DNA from: Macrostomum lignano
Lineage: Eukaryota
Direction of reading: 5' to 3'
DNA length: 64,000 nucleotides
Assembly (NCBI GenBank): GCA_002269645.1
Contig: NIVC01001216.1
Span: forward strand, 186,001 to 250,000
Part shown: piece after piece, positions 39,509 to 51,844 of the stretch
Numbering within the stretch: position 1 is the stretch's first letter
How the letters are laid out: each line of letters starts with the position of its first letter
Program-made: the position numbers and the translations under genes
Notes under the pieces: model-generated
What the model was told of the DNA's origin: nothing
The model's database searches: none
Seen by the model: only the letters and a program-made list of their open reading frames with translations

Positions 39509-39716
39509 TACAGACAGGCAGGCAGACAGACAGACAGACAGACAGGCAGACAGACAGACAGACAGGCAGACAGACAGACAGGCAGACAGGCAGGCAGGCA
39601 GACAGACAGACAGGCAGACAGACAGACAGACAGACAGGCAGACAGACAGGCAGGCAGGCAGACAGACAGACAGACAGACAGGCAGGCAGACACACACAGA
39701 CAGACACAGACAGACA
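39010..39716 (+). repeat. (AGAC/AGGC)n microsatellite, reverse complement of the TCTG arrays
   Basis: Read directly. Confidence 0.96.
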
Positions 39717-39769
39717 AGCTCGGCAGCACCAACAAGCTACACAGTCCCGCATTCCCCGCTGCCATGCAG

Positions 39770-40051
39770 GTGGTAGGTGAAATCAACGGTCACGAGTCGC
39801 ACTCGGAGGCGCACATTCGGCTGGCATTCCGCTGCCTGCAGCAGATTCTCACCGACTTTCTCTCTACGCTAAGCCTGGACTGCTATGAGGCGTGCATCGA
39901 CGTGACGGCTTCTTTCGCTAAGCAGCAGCAAGATCTGAACATCGCCCTGACTGCCGTCGGCTGCGTGTGGAATATCACCGATTACTTCTTTGGCAAGCAG
40001 CCAATTGATAGCGGGGATTGGAAGCCTGACCAGCTGTGGATCTGTGTACAG
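39770..40051 (+). CDS. MON2: MON2 exon 9
   Basis: Acceptor atgcag|GTG, donor CAG|gtgaga. Encodes [16 protein letters not shown]...[22 protein letters not shown]...LWICVQ. Confidence 0.93.
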
Positions 40052-40740
40052 GTGAGATTGTTAGCATTGATGCCTGAGTGTACAGGTGAGATTGTTAGCA
40101 TTGATAACTGAGCGTACAGGTGCGATTGTTGGCATTGATGGCTGAGTGTACAGGTGAGATTGTTAGCATTGATCTCTGGGTTTACAGGTGAGATTGTTAG
40201 CATTGATGTCTGGGTTTACAGGTGAGATTGTTAGCATTGATGCCTGAGTGCACAGGTGAGATTATCTGTTAACAGCATCAGTGCCTGAGTGTACAGGTGA
40301 GATTATCTGTTAACAGCATCAGTGCCTGAGTGTACAGGTGAGATTATCTGTAAACAGCATCAGTGCCTGAGTGTACAGGTGAGATTATCTGTTAACAGCA
40401 TCAGTGTCTGAGTGTACAGGTGAGATTATCTGTTAACAGCATCAGTGCCTGAGTGTACAGGTGAGATTATCTGTTAACAGCATCAGTGCCTGAGTGTACA
40501 GGTGAGATTATCTGTTAACAACCTCAGTGCCTGAGTGTACAGGTGAGATTATCTGTTAACAACCTCAGTGCCTGAGTGTACAGGTGAGATTATCTGTTAA
40601 CAGCATCAGAGCCTGAGTGTACAGGTGAGATTATCTGTTAACAACCTCAGTGCCTGAGTGTACAGGTGAGATTATCTGTTAACAACCTCAGTGTCTGAGT
40701 GTACAGGTGAGATTATCTGTTAACAGCATCAGAGCCTGAG
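40045..40740 (+). repeat. 34-bp then 41-bp tandem array whose unit includes the exon 9 splice donor (TGTACAG|GTGAGATT)
   Basis: Donor-like GT at 40052, 40086, 40120, 40154, 40188, 40222, 40256, then every 41 nt from 40297 to 40707. Confidence 0.93.
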
Positions 40741-41784
40741 TCTTACCTACTTTACGAGGATTTTATTTTTTTAAGTTAACCAAAGGACTGAGTGAAGCGG
40801 GCCAGTACGAGTAGAATTCAATTTATGAGCTTATATTTCGCAGCTGGTTATAATGGCCGCATAGAAATTCACATTATAATGGTATAGATATTATGCTCCA
40901 GTCGCTTAGTGATTGATTGAGTTAAGGACTGACTTGGGGCAGTGCGGATGGTCATCGCCTTTAGTGATAACTCTAAATTAATTTATCGGTCGTATTGACT
41001 GAGTCTTTATATTAATTTTCACGGCCTAGGCAATTCCATTATAAAAGGCTTCACAGTTTACCCCAGCTGTTTTATGAATAGTGACTCAATGATGAGTAGC
41101 TGAGAAGGTGGGTAGGTTTTACATTTATCCAGGCTGCAATTCATATGCTAATGAAACTTTTCCTCTATTTAGTCTGTCATCGGATCTGTCCTCTCTCTCC
41201 CGATGGATGTTATCGAATGATCTATTATCATTTTATCACTGATAAGGGCGCGATGGCGTGTGTGTGCGCCCCTGGCGGAACGCCTTCATCGACATGGTTC
41301 CACAACACAGCCATACGCAGCGTCGAGCATCATCTCCAGTATCTCCCTTTCTTACAGCTTGATTTCAAGCAGATTTTCACTGAACTGAACTTTATTGAAC
41401 CTCGTCAATCAACTCTCTTTCAGCTTCTCTGTCGCCATCAATCTCTACTCTCCTTTCTGTGTAGCCAATAGTTAGTTAGCTTTGAGCTGGCTGATTTTGA
41501 ATTTCCGGCATTAAAAAAGTATGCAGTATTGTTAGGCGTCTCGGTTAAAGTATCCGCATGCGGTAACTTTCTATAAAAGTAGTTGCCAAGTGCTTGCTCA
41601 CCGAGGCTTTCATACTTAGAGCACTGGTTTTCACTCTCTAATGTAATGACGATCATCTCGTTTGTACTTCTGGCTAGGCTAGATATCGAAAAAATAGGCT
41701 CGATATAAGAAAACTGAGATCGGAAGAGGCCAGATGAAAGGTTGGTAGGTAAGCGGAGGGGAAAGTCCGGTGAGATAGGGTCAG

Positions 41785-42282
41785 TTCAGTAGCATTAGTA
41801 GTAGTAGTAGTACTAGCAGTAGTAGTAGTAATAATATTATTAGTAGTATTAGTAGTATTAGTAGCAGCAGTAGTAGTAGTAGTAGTAGTAGTAATATTAA
41901 TAGTCGTAGTAGTAGTACTAGCAGTAGTAGTAGTAGTAGTAATATTAATAGTAGTAGTAGTAGCAGTAGTAGTAGCAGTAGTAATATTAATAGTAGTAGT
42001 AGTAGCAGTAGTAGTAGTAGTAGTAATATTAATAGTAGTAGTAGTAGCAGTACTAGCAGTAGTAGTAGTAGTAGTAGTAGTAATATTAATAGTCGTAGTA
42101 GTAGTAGTAGCAGTAGTAGTAGTAGTAGTAATATTAATAGTCGTAGTAGTAGTAGTAGCAGCAGTAGTAGTAGTAGTAGTAATATTAATAGTCGTAGTAG
42201 TAGTACTAGCAGTAGTAGTAATATTAAGTCGTAGTAGTAGTACTAGCAGTAGTAGTAGTAGTAGTAGTAGTAGTAATATTAA

Positions 42283-42314
<32 letters not shown>

Positions 42315-42364
42315 ATATTAATAGTCGTAGTAGTAGTAGTAGTTGCAGTAGTAGTAGTAGTAGC

Positions 42365-42401
<37 letters not shown>

Positions 42402-42480
42402 ATAATAATATTAATAGTCGTAGTAGTAGTAGCAGTAGTATTTTTAATAGTAATAGTAGTAGTAGTAGTAATATTAATAA
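41785..42480 (+). repeat. (TAG/AGT)n microsatellite with AATATT interruptions
   Basis: Read directly; reverse complement of the (CTA)n tract at 11452. Confidence 0.96.
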
Positions 42481-43189
42481 TAAGGATGGGAGAAAAAGAG
42501 ATGCAGGGAAGGTGAGATATGAAGCGAGAGAAAGTGAGAAAAAGGGATGTAGGAGGAAGTGAGATAAGCTACAGTTAAGGTGAGATAAAGCTGTGGGGTA
42601 AGGTAAGGTCATAGGTTATTATGCAGGGTGATATGAAAGGGCGATGAGGCAGGTTAATTAGTGCAAAATACTTTAAATACTGCTCACCCATTGCTCCATG
42701 TCAGCAGCTAGAAGATAAGAATTTTTTAAAAGTTTTTTTACTTACAGTCACGCAACAACTAGGATGATTAGAACTTCATAATTTGCAAAGGATCTGCTTT
42801 TCCAATTAACGTTCGACTTGGCCTCCTTATTCTTGACTTTTTGTGTACTTTCCTAGTTAACTTCGGTCTTGTCGCATAAAGTATGCAAGCGTTCGGTTTT
42901 GATACTTTTGTCGATTAATCAAACCAAATTGCTGTCCGAACACCGCACGCAATTTATTTTACAATCAGATATTAATCCAATTCAGAATTTGCTTTTGTTA
43001 ATACAGACATCAATCAATTTGAGCGAGTGTTAGGGAGTGGGAAGTGTGTTTAACTTGACTTTTCGTCTGTATGCTTCAAAGATTTTTTGTAAATTATTAT
43101 TGCGTGAAATTTAATTTGTGCGTGATCTCTCTGAGACAGTTTTCATTTGTAACTTTTGTGTAATTTAGTGACAACACCGGTACGAAAGC

Positions 43190-44085
43190 TGTCATTTACA
43201 GTAGTATCACCGGTTACCACAGGTGTCATTCATAGTAGCATCACTGGTTACCGCAGGTGTCATTCATAGTAGCATCACCGGGTACCACAGGTGTCATTCA
43301 TAGTAGCATCACCGGGTACCACAGGTGTCATTCATAGTAGCATCACTGGTTACCGCAGGTGTCATTCATAGTAGCATCACCGGGTACCACAGGTGTCATT
43401 CATAGTAGCATCACCGGGTACCACAGGTGTCATTCATAGTAGCATCACCGTTTACCACAGGTGTCATTCATAGTAGCATCACCGGTTACCACAGGTGTCA
43501 TTCATAGTAGTATCACCGGGTACCACAGGTGTCATTCATAGTAGCATCACCGGGTACCACAGGTGTCATTCATAGTAGTATCACCGGTTACCACAGGTGT
43601 CATTCATAGTAGTATCACCGGTTACCGCAGGTGTCATTCATAGTAGCATCACCGGGTACCACAGGTGTCATTCATAGTAGCATCACCGGGTACCACAGGT
43701 GTCATTCATAGTAGTATCACCGGTTACCACAGGTGTCATTCATAGTAGTATCACCGGTTACCGCAGGTGTCATTCATAGTAGCATCACCGGGTACCACAG
43801 GTGTCATTCATAGTAGCATCACCGGGTACCACAGGTGTCATTCATAGTAGTATCACCGGTTACCACAGGTGTCATTCATAGTAGTATCACCGGTTACCAC
43901 AGGTGTCATTCACAGTAGCATCACCGGGTACCGCAGGTGTCATTCATAGTAGCATCACCGGTTACCACAGGTGTCATTCATAGTAGTATCACCGGGTACC
44001 ACAGGTGTCATTCATAGTAGTATCACCGGTTACCACAGGTGTCATTTATAGTAGCATCACCGGTTATCACAGATGTCATTTATCA
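43190..44085 (+). repeat. 34-bp tandem array (GTGTCATTCATAGTAGCATCACCGG(T/G)TACCACAG)n
   Basis: Read directly; ends about 40 nt before the exon 10 acceptor. Confidence 0.96.
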
Positions 44086-44123
44086 GCCAGGTACATACAA
44101 GCTCCCCAACCGGTCCAACCCAG

Positions 44124-44582
44124 GTAAAGCTGAAGGACCTGTGCCTGGACCCGAGGCCTGCGGTGCGCAAGTCAGCCGGCCAGACTCTGTTCAACACCAT
44201 CGGCTCGCACGGCAGGCACCTGCAGGCAGACACCTGGCGTGTGGTACTCTGGAAAGTACTTTTCCCTCTGTTAGAGTCCGTCTCCGAAGCCGCTCTGGCA
44301 GCCGCAGAAGCCGATGCTAAACAGGCTGCCGAGCCTCAAGGAGGCGGCGCTGGCGGCGGCGGCATCCTGATGCACCACAGCCGGGACACAGTCGGCAAGC
44401 AGTGGGCCGAGACGCAAACCCTGGCTCTAGCCGGCGTGGCCAGCGTGTTTCACGCGCAACAACGCCTCCTGCTGGGTTTGAACGATTTTGCTAGGGCGTG
44501 GAAACTGCTGCTGGAATGTATTGAACAATCTGCACTATCGGCTAATAGCGAAATTGCTCAAAATGCTTTAAATAGTTTTCAG
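44124..44582 (+). CDS. MON2: MON2 exon 10
   Basis: Acceptor acccag|GTA, donor CAG|gtgagc. Encodes LCLDPRPAVRKSAGQTLFNTIG...ILMHHSRDTVGKQWAET...ALNSFQ. Confidence 0.95.
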
Positions 44583-44929
44583 GTGAGCTTCGTGTCTTTT
44601 TAACTTGGTCATTTTTTTCCAATAATTCTCAGAAACTATCCATGAAGAATTTCTAGTAAAATTATTGCCTTATTTTCTTATAAACCTGTTGTAAAACTGG
44701 ACAGTTTCTTAGAAAACTAGTCTAGTGTTCAGTGGGTTTCTAAGAAAATTAATTTTAGGTATGTTTCTAAGAAAGTAACCAAATAATTGTTTTTATGGGA
44801 TCAGTTCGAAAAGCATTGAATAAGTTTTCTACAAAATTGTCATTGGAATTTGTTTCTATTAAATTATTTTGACGGTTATCCCATGGGATCAGTTTCTTCG
44901 TGAGTTATAATATGATATTAAACGTGTGG

Positions 44930-45410
44930 GATACGTTTCTAAGAAAATCTGTATGGAATGAGTTTCTAAGAAAATCAGTATGGAATGAGTTTCTAAGAAA
45001 ATCAGTATGGAATGAGTTTCTAAGAAAATCAGTATGGAATGAGTTTCTAAGAAAATCAGTATGAGATGAGTTTCTAAGAAAATCAGTATGATATATGTTT
45101 CTAAGAAAATCGGTATAGGATGGATTTCTTAAAAATCGGTTTTAGATGAGTTTCAAAGAAAATAAGTATGGGATGAGTTTCTAAGAAAATCAGTATGGGT
45201 GAGTTTCTAAGAAAATCTGTATGAGATGAGTTTCTAAAAAAATCTGTATGGGATGAGTTTCTAAGAAAATAAGTATGGGATGAGTTTCTAAGAAAATCTG
45301 TATGAGATGAGTTTCTAAGAAAATCAGTATGGGTGAGTTTCTAAGAAAATCTGTATGAGATGAGTTTCTAAGAAAATCAGTATGGGTGAGTTTCTAAGAA
45401 AATCAGTATG
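44930..45410 (+). repeat. 27-bp tandem array (GTTTCTAAGAAAATCAGTATGGAATGA)n
   Basis: Read directly. Confidence 0.9.
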
Positions 45411-45879
45411 TAAATGTATATTAATGATTAGTTGTAATAGACTAACGAAAATATTTTACCTATAAATTAGTCTTCACGTTAGTAATCCTAATTTCGATTT
45501 CTTTTTGTAGTCAACTTTTGTTCAGGTAATTACAGAAAAGCAAGTGGCGTTTTGTTTAATTAATTTAATTAGTTTTGAAGTAGTTTGATGCATCAATGCA
45601 ATAATTATTCCCAATTTACAGAATATCCCCAGTCAATTCTTCTGATCCTGAAAGCAAAGCGTTTTAAAAACGATTTTTGCAAAATTTGTCACTGCAATTC
45701 GATTCTAAAATTTGCAAATATTAATGTAATTTTTTCATGTATTCGATGTATATTGATTAAGATTATACTTAATATCTGGTTTCATCGCTCATTAAAATAA
45801 TCAATCCAATTTCATATATGACAACTGTTCTGTGAGTGGTAGTGTGAGTTTCAAGCATTCTAGTCATTATATGACTTAG

Positions 45880-48110
45880 GTGTGTTATACAAGGTGTGTT
45901 ATGAGAGTTGCGTTATGCCAAGTGTGTTATGCAAGGTGTGTTATGGAATGTGCGTTATGCCAAGTGTGTTATGCACTCTGTATTATGCAAGATGTGTTAT
46001 GCCAAGTATGTCATGTGCGGTGTGTTATGTAATCTGTGTTCTGCGAGGTGTGTTTTTCCAAGTGTATCATGTTAGGTGTGTTATGCAAGGTGTGTGTCAT
46101 GTTAGGTGTGTTATGCAAGGTGTGTTATGCAAGGTGTGTTATGCAAGGTGTGTGTTATGCAAGGTGTGTGTTGTGCAAGGTGTGTGTTATGCAAGGTGTG
46201 TGTTGTGCAAGGTGTGTGTTATGCGGTGTGTGTTGTGCAAGGTGTGTGTTATGCAAGGTGTGTGTTGTGCACGGTGTGTGTTATGCAAGGTGTGTGTTAT
46301 GCAAGGTGTGTGTTGTGCAAGGTGTGTGTTATGCAAGGTGTGTGTTGTGCAAGGTGTGTGTTATGCGGTGTGTGTTGTGCAAGGTGTGTGTTATGCGGTG
46401 TGTGTTATGCAAGGTGTGTGTTGTGCAAGGTGTGTGTTATGCAAGGTGTGTGTTGTGCAAGGTGTGTGTTATGCGGTGTGTGTTATGCAAGGTGTGTGTT
46501 GTGCAAGGTGTGTGTTGTGCAAGGTGTGTGTTGTGCAAGGTGTGTGTTATGCAAGGTGTGTGTTGTGCAAGGTGTGTGTTATGCAAGGTGTGTGTTGTGC
46601 ACGGTGTGTGTTATGCAAGGTGTGTGTTGTGCAAGGTGTGTGTTATGCAAGGTGTGTGTTGTGCAAGGTGTGTGTTATGCAAGGTGTGTGTTGTGCAAGG
46701 TGTGTGTTATGCAAGGTGTGTGTTGTGCAAGGTGTGTGTTATGCGGTGTGTGTTGTGCAAGGTGTGTGTTATGCGGTGTGTGTTGTGCAAGGTGTGTGTT
46801 ATGCAAGGTGTGTGTTGTGCACGGTGTGTGTTATGCAAGGTGTGTGTTGTGCACGGTGTGTTATGCAAGGTGTGTGTTGTGCAAGGTGTGTGTTATGCAA
46901 GGTGTGTGTTGTGCAAGGTGTGTGTTGTGCAAGGTGTGTGTTATGCAAGGTGTGTGTTATGCGGTGTGTGTTATGCAAGGTGTGTGTTGTGCACGGTGTG
47001 TGTTATGCAAGGTGTGTGTTGTGCAAGGTATGTGTTGTGCAAGGTGTGTGTTATGCAAGGTGTGTGTTGTGCAAGGTGTGTGTTGTGCAAGGTGTGTGTT
47101 GTGCAAGGTGTGTGTTATGCGGTGTGTGTTGTGCAAGGTGTGTGTTATGCGGTGTGTGTTATGCAAGGTGTGTGTTGTGCAAGGTGTGTGTTGTGCAAGG
47201 TGTGTGTTATGCAAGGTGTGTGTTGTGCAAGGTGTGTGTTATGCAAGGTGTGTGTTATGCGGTGTGTGTTGTGCAAGGTGTGTGTTGTGCAAGGTGTGTG
47301 TTATGCAAGGTGTGTGTTATGCAAGGTGTGTGTTGTGCAAGGTGTGTGTTGTGCAAGGTGTGTGTTGTGCAAGGTGTGTGTTATGCAAGGTGTGTGTTGT
47401 GCAAGGTGTGTGTTGTGCAAGGTGTGTGTTGTGCAAGGTGTGTGTTATGCAAGGTGTGTGTTATGCAAGGTGTGTGTTGTGCAAGGTGTGTGTTGTGCAC
47501 GGTGTGTGTTATGCAAGGTGTGTGTTGTGCAAGGTGTGTGTTGTGCAAGGTGTGTGTTATGCAAGGTGTGTGTTGTGCACGGTGTGTGTTATGCAAGGTG
47601 TGTGTTGTGCAAGGTGTGTGTTGTGCAAGGCGTGTGTTATGCAAGGTGTGTGTTGTGCAAGGTGTGTGTTATGCAAGGTGTGTGTTATGCAAGGTGTGTG
47701 TTGTGCACGGTGTGTGTTATGCAAGGTGTGTGTTGTGCACGGTGTGTGTTGTGCAAGGTGTGTGTTGTGCAAGGTGTGTGTTGTGCAAGGTGTGTGTTGT
47801 GCAAGGTGTGTGTTATGCAAGGTGTGTGTTGTGCAAAGTGTGTGTTGTGCAAGGTGTGTGTTGTGCAAGGTGTGTGTTGTGCAAGGTGTGTGTTGTGCAA
47901 GGTGTGTGTTATGCAAGGTGTGTGTTGTGCAAGGTGTGTGTTGTGCAAGGTGTGTGTTATGCGGTGTGTGTTGTGCAAGGTGTGTGTTATCCAAGCTGTG
48001 TCATGCGAGCTGTGTTATGCAATGTAATGGGCTTTATGCAAGATTTGTTATGTAAGATGTGTTGTGCAAGGTGTGTTATGCAAGGTGTGTGTTATGCGGT
48101 GTGTGTACTA
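45880..48110 (+). repeat. 16-bp tandem array (GCAAGGTGTGTGTT(A/G)T)n, about 2.2 kb
   Basis: Read directly; source of the long Cys/Val-rich ORFs. Confidence 0.97.
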
Positions 48111-48202
48111 CTAATGCATATTCTAGTCCGTACTTGCCCCGGAGCTGAGCATGCATAATCTGACCGCACTAATCCCAGCCTTTCTGTCCCCATCCCATTC
48201 AG

Positions 48203-48941
48203 GAGCTGGCAAATCTTGACGCATCAGCTGACACGCAGGAGGTTCTGTGGCAGCTGGCCTGGCACAGCTGGTTGCGCATAGCACAGCAGGGCTCACTGCC
48301 CAGGCCTGGGCCTCCAATACTGGTGCCGTCGCAAGACTTCCTAACCAGCCTGTGCCGTCTGCTGCCCTGCCTGTTTAACCGGGTTACTACCTCGTTTGGT
48401 CAGGCCGACTTTACTCAACTATCAGCTGGTCTGAGCCAGGCTTTAGTCTGTCCGATTCTGTCCGACTCCAGGGCACCGTATATTCTGCCAACTAACTATT
48501 TTGACAGCGGCTTGACACCGTTGCAAGAGTCTGTGATTGCCGCGCTGGAAACTTTAGCCAGAGCTTTCCTATTGGGTCCAGAGAGTCTGCGACCGCAGCT
48601 GCCAAACTTCTTCAACCTGCTATCAGTTTACGCTAACTACGCTGTGCACACGCCAAAGCCAGCCAAGCTGACTCCAGCTGCGGACAATCGGCCAGAAAAT
48701 TTTGTCTCGTTAAGCTACGTAGCTTTCGGCGAGCGCTGCTTTGAACTGATGGTTGATTTGTACAAAGACTGCGCTAGTCAGCCTGTGGTTGTGCGAGCTG
48801 CCGTATTGGAGGGCATGTACAAAGCTCTGAGGCAGCCTCTGTGCATCAAGTATAATTGTCCGTCTCAGTCTACTTGGCGCTTGGCTTACAAATGTTTGAC
48901 TAGTTTAATAGTTTGCGGCACTCCAGTTGCTAGGCAGCATG
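48203..48941 (+). CDS. MON2: MON2 exon 11
   Basis: Acceptor attcag|GAG, donor G|gtgagg (phase 1). Encodes LWQLAWHSWLRI...LTPLQES...YVAFGERC...LRQPLCIKYNCPSQSTWRLA. Confidence 0.9.
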
Positions 48942-49064
48942 GTGAGGCTGTTTCCGGAATTTTGCTTTTTAACTGGCGTGTTGTTCTCTTATTTGTTGTC
49001 ACGGCCGGGTGTCATTGTGGGTAAGGAGAGGAAATCTATCCGAGGAAAGGATCATAGAGTAGTA

Positions 49065-49520
49065 CTGGTCACATCACTGAATAGTCATAGAGGGTAGCAA
49101 CGGTGTGTCATCACTGAATGGTCATAGAGGGTAGCAACGGTGTGTCATCACTGAATGGTCATAGAGGGTAGCAACGGTGTGTCATCACTGAATGGTCATA
49201 GAAGAGGGTAGCAACGGTGTGTCATGGTCATAGAGGGTAGCAACGGTGTGCCATCACTGAATGGTCATAGAGGGTAGCAACGGTGTGTCATCACTGAATG
49301 GTCATAGAGGGTAGCAACGGTGTGTCATCACTGAATGGTCATAGAAGAGGGTAGCAACGGTGTGTCATGGTCATAGAGGGTAGCAACAGTGTGCCATCAC
49401 TGAATGGTCATAGAGGGTAGCAACGGTGTGTCATCACTGAATGGTCATAGAGGGTAGCAACGGTGTGTCATCACTGAATGGTCATAGAAGAGGGTAGCAA
49501 TGGTGTGTCATCACTGAAAG
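49065..49520 (+). repeat. 37-bp tandem array (GTCATAGAGGGTAGCAACGGTGTGTCATCACTGAATG)n
   Basis: Read directly. Confidence 0.93.
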
Positions 49521-51584
49521 CTATGATGACTTCGATAAGTTATAGAAGCCCAAGCTTGCAGGCGCGTAACAACTTGCTAATTTTTTTCAGCAATAATGTA
49601 CATTAGCCGGTCCACTGAATGTACATGGCAATTCCGAGAAAGCTGGAATTCCGAGAAAGGCAATAAAAAGTGGGGCTGGTGTGGAAAGCGCAGTTGGAGG
49701 GTTTAAGCTGGGGCGGGGGTAAGAGCCAATAAATGAGCATTGTCTTTAAAAATACATTAAAATGCTTCTGTTCAACTTACTACTGAACTGAAAGTAGCTT
49801 ACACGCAAATGTGCTGAGTGGCCCATTTAGTTATTCTACTCGTAGTATCTCTGTGTCTGTGAATAAGACTTACTTCAGTCTACTAAAAAAATTCTTACGT
49901 GGATTTGCCACACTAACTACTGTATAACATCATATAAGTGCAACTAAGAAGGCCTATTATGAGATGAAAATTGATTTTGCTTGAAACAATTCTGCAGCAG
50001 CGGACATGCAGACGAATGTTGCAGTGTCTGCATCAGCAAATGAGTCTTCTGCGAACGCTTCAGCTGTCCAGAAGACAGCTGCTCCCAGCTGGCATCATCA
50101 GTTGCGCAATCATTTCATTAAGCGCTCGTTGGAATCTAATGATCCCTATAGTGGGTGGCCGTTTGTTATCAATTAAATTTAATTGTTTTACTAATTGTTT
50201 GAGTTATTCTTCTCAGTTGTGAGTTTTTGGTCGCAGATGTTTCTAAAACTAGTTAATGAAGACAAAGTCTTTTCGCCCCAGTGAGCTTTGGGGTTGGAAT
50301 TTTATAATACCTAGTGTTGTATCGATTATTTAAAGACTTTCAAGGCATTATTAACGCTGATGCTCCTAATATTTTGCGTCGTGTCATACATAAAGTTAGC
50401 CTAATAGATAAAGTAGGGCGAGAGTTGTAAAATGTCTCTAACGTCAAATGATTTATAGGAAGGGAATTAGGGATGTCGATTCCCCAGGGAATTATCTTAT
50501 CGGGGACCCCGGTGAAAAGAAAAAATAAGTAAAAACGGCGGATCACTTAGATTGTAAGTGGAATTTTTTAAACTTTGATTTAAGCTTTGTACTACATGTT
50601 CAAGGCGCAGGGGTAAAAATTTTAAACAATGTTTTTTTAAACTGTATTTGACAATGTGGCATCACGAAATCGTGCGCGCACCTTTATCGGAAAAGTGCAT
50701 TTGTTGGAATGCATGCTAAACAGCTACGCTCGTGAGAGGATAATTAATGAATGAGACTGTTTTTATAATCGGAATTTTATTTCTTGCATATATATGTAAA
50801 TCACCATTTTGTCCTTGTCTAATAGGGAGTATATGTATGACACCCCCCTATGCGTCAGTGCCTGATACATGACGCAGCGCTGCGCCTGCGTCAAGCCGTC
50901 AACGCAGACCAACACAGCAGTCACTAGTCAGTAAGGCTTCTTTTTCCTGACGGGTTTCTTTTCTACGTGCAATTTGCTTGATTGAATGACTTATTAGTGA
51001 AAAAACAATCAAACGTGTGTTGTGTTTCAAATACATGTAATGCATTGAAATAAGCAATTATGCGGTAAAAGAGCATAGACAGAGTTTCAATCAGCTTTCT
51101 GTGAATCAGTTTCTTATTTTAATGGCAAAAATTAAGTTACAAATGCATTTTTTCATATTTTTTCTCCCCAGGGTCCCCGGTTAAATTCCCCGGAGAGTAT
51201 TCCCCGACAAGCTCCCCGGGGAGCACTCCCGGGGTCAACATCCCTAGAAGGGAAACTACGAGCATAAGTTCTGCAACACATATACAAGTAGCTAAGCATT
51301 AATAGACGCACTGCACCGATAAAATGTAATGGAATTGCTCGAATCACCGACACCAAGACCCATAAAACTGGAGAAACTGGCAGGATATAGTAGATACATG
51401 TAGGTCAGAATCAGAAGTGATCATGGGTGGGTGGGTCAAGTGATCATGGGTTCGACCTCGATTGTATTATTCCTTCTTAATCTTATGCAATTAATTGTAA
51501 ATTAGGTATGAAGTAACAGTAATTATCCTTGACCATGCTAGAGTAAAGACAAGTCAAAGTCAAGTTAATAAAAATAGACACACA

Positions 51585-51844
51585 GGGCCTTTTCATATTA
51601 CCAATTCCAGAACCAGAATCGGTTCGGAATTCCAAGAAAAACAGCAGTATAACTATTAAACTCTGTTAATATTTGACTGCCTTAACAGCCTCACTTTGCA
51701 CGATTTTTCACTTTCTTTTTGGCGATTGTCATTCAATAATAAAAACTTTATAGCACGTATCTCCCTCTAGTTATGGAGACAAAAAGTTATACCTCACAAA
51801 TTGGTTCTGGTTCTGGAACCAGAACAAGCAATATGAAAAGGCCC
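51585..51844. mobile_element. 260-bp MITE with GGGCCTTTTCATATT TIRs and 3-bp TSD (ACA); PIF/Harbinger-like
   Basis: aca|GGGCCTTTTCATATT ... AATATGAAAAGGCCC|aca; subterminal CCAGAA/TTCTGG repeats. Confidence 0.75.

Noticed and set aside
13285-44085. Regular 20-40-bp repeats as CRISPR arrays
   Set aside because: Head-to-tail units without unique spacers, eukaryotic intron context, no cas genes.
45882-48158. 758-, 663- and 649-aa Cys/Val-rich ORFs resembling metallothionein or keratin-associated proteins
   Set aside because: All three frames are open over a 16-bp array inside MON2 intron 10; no independent coding signal.
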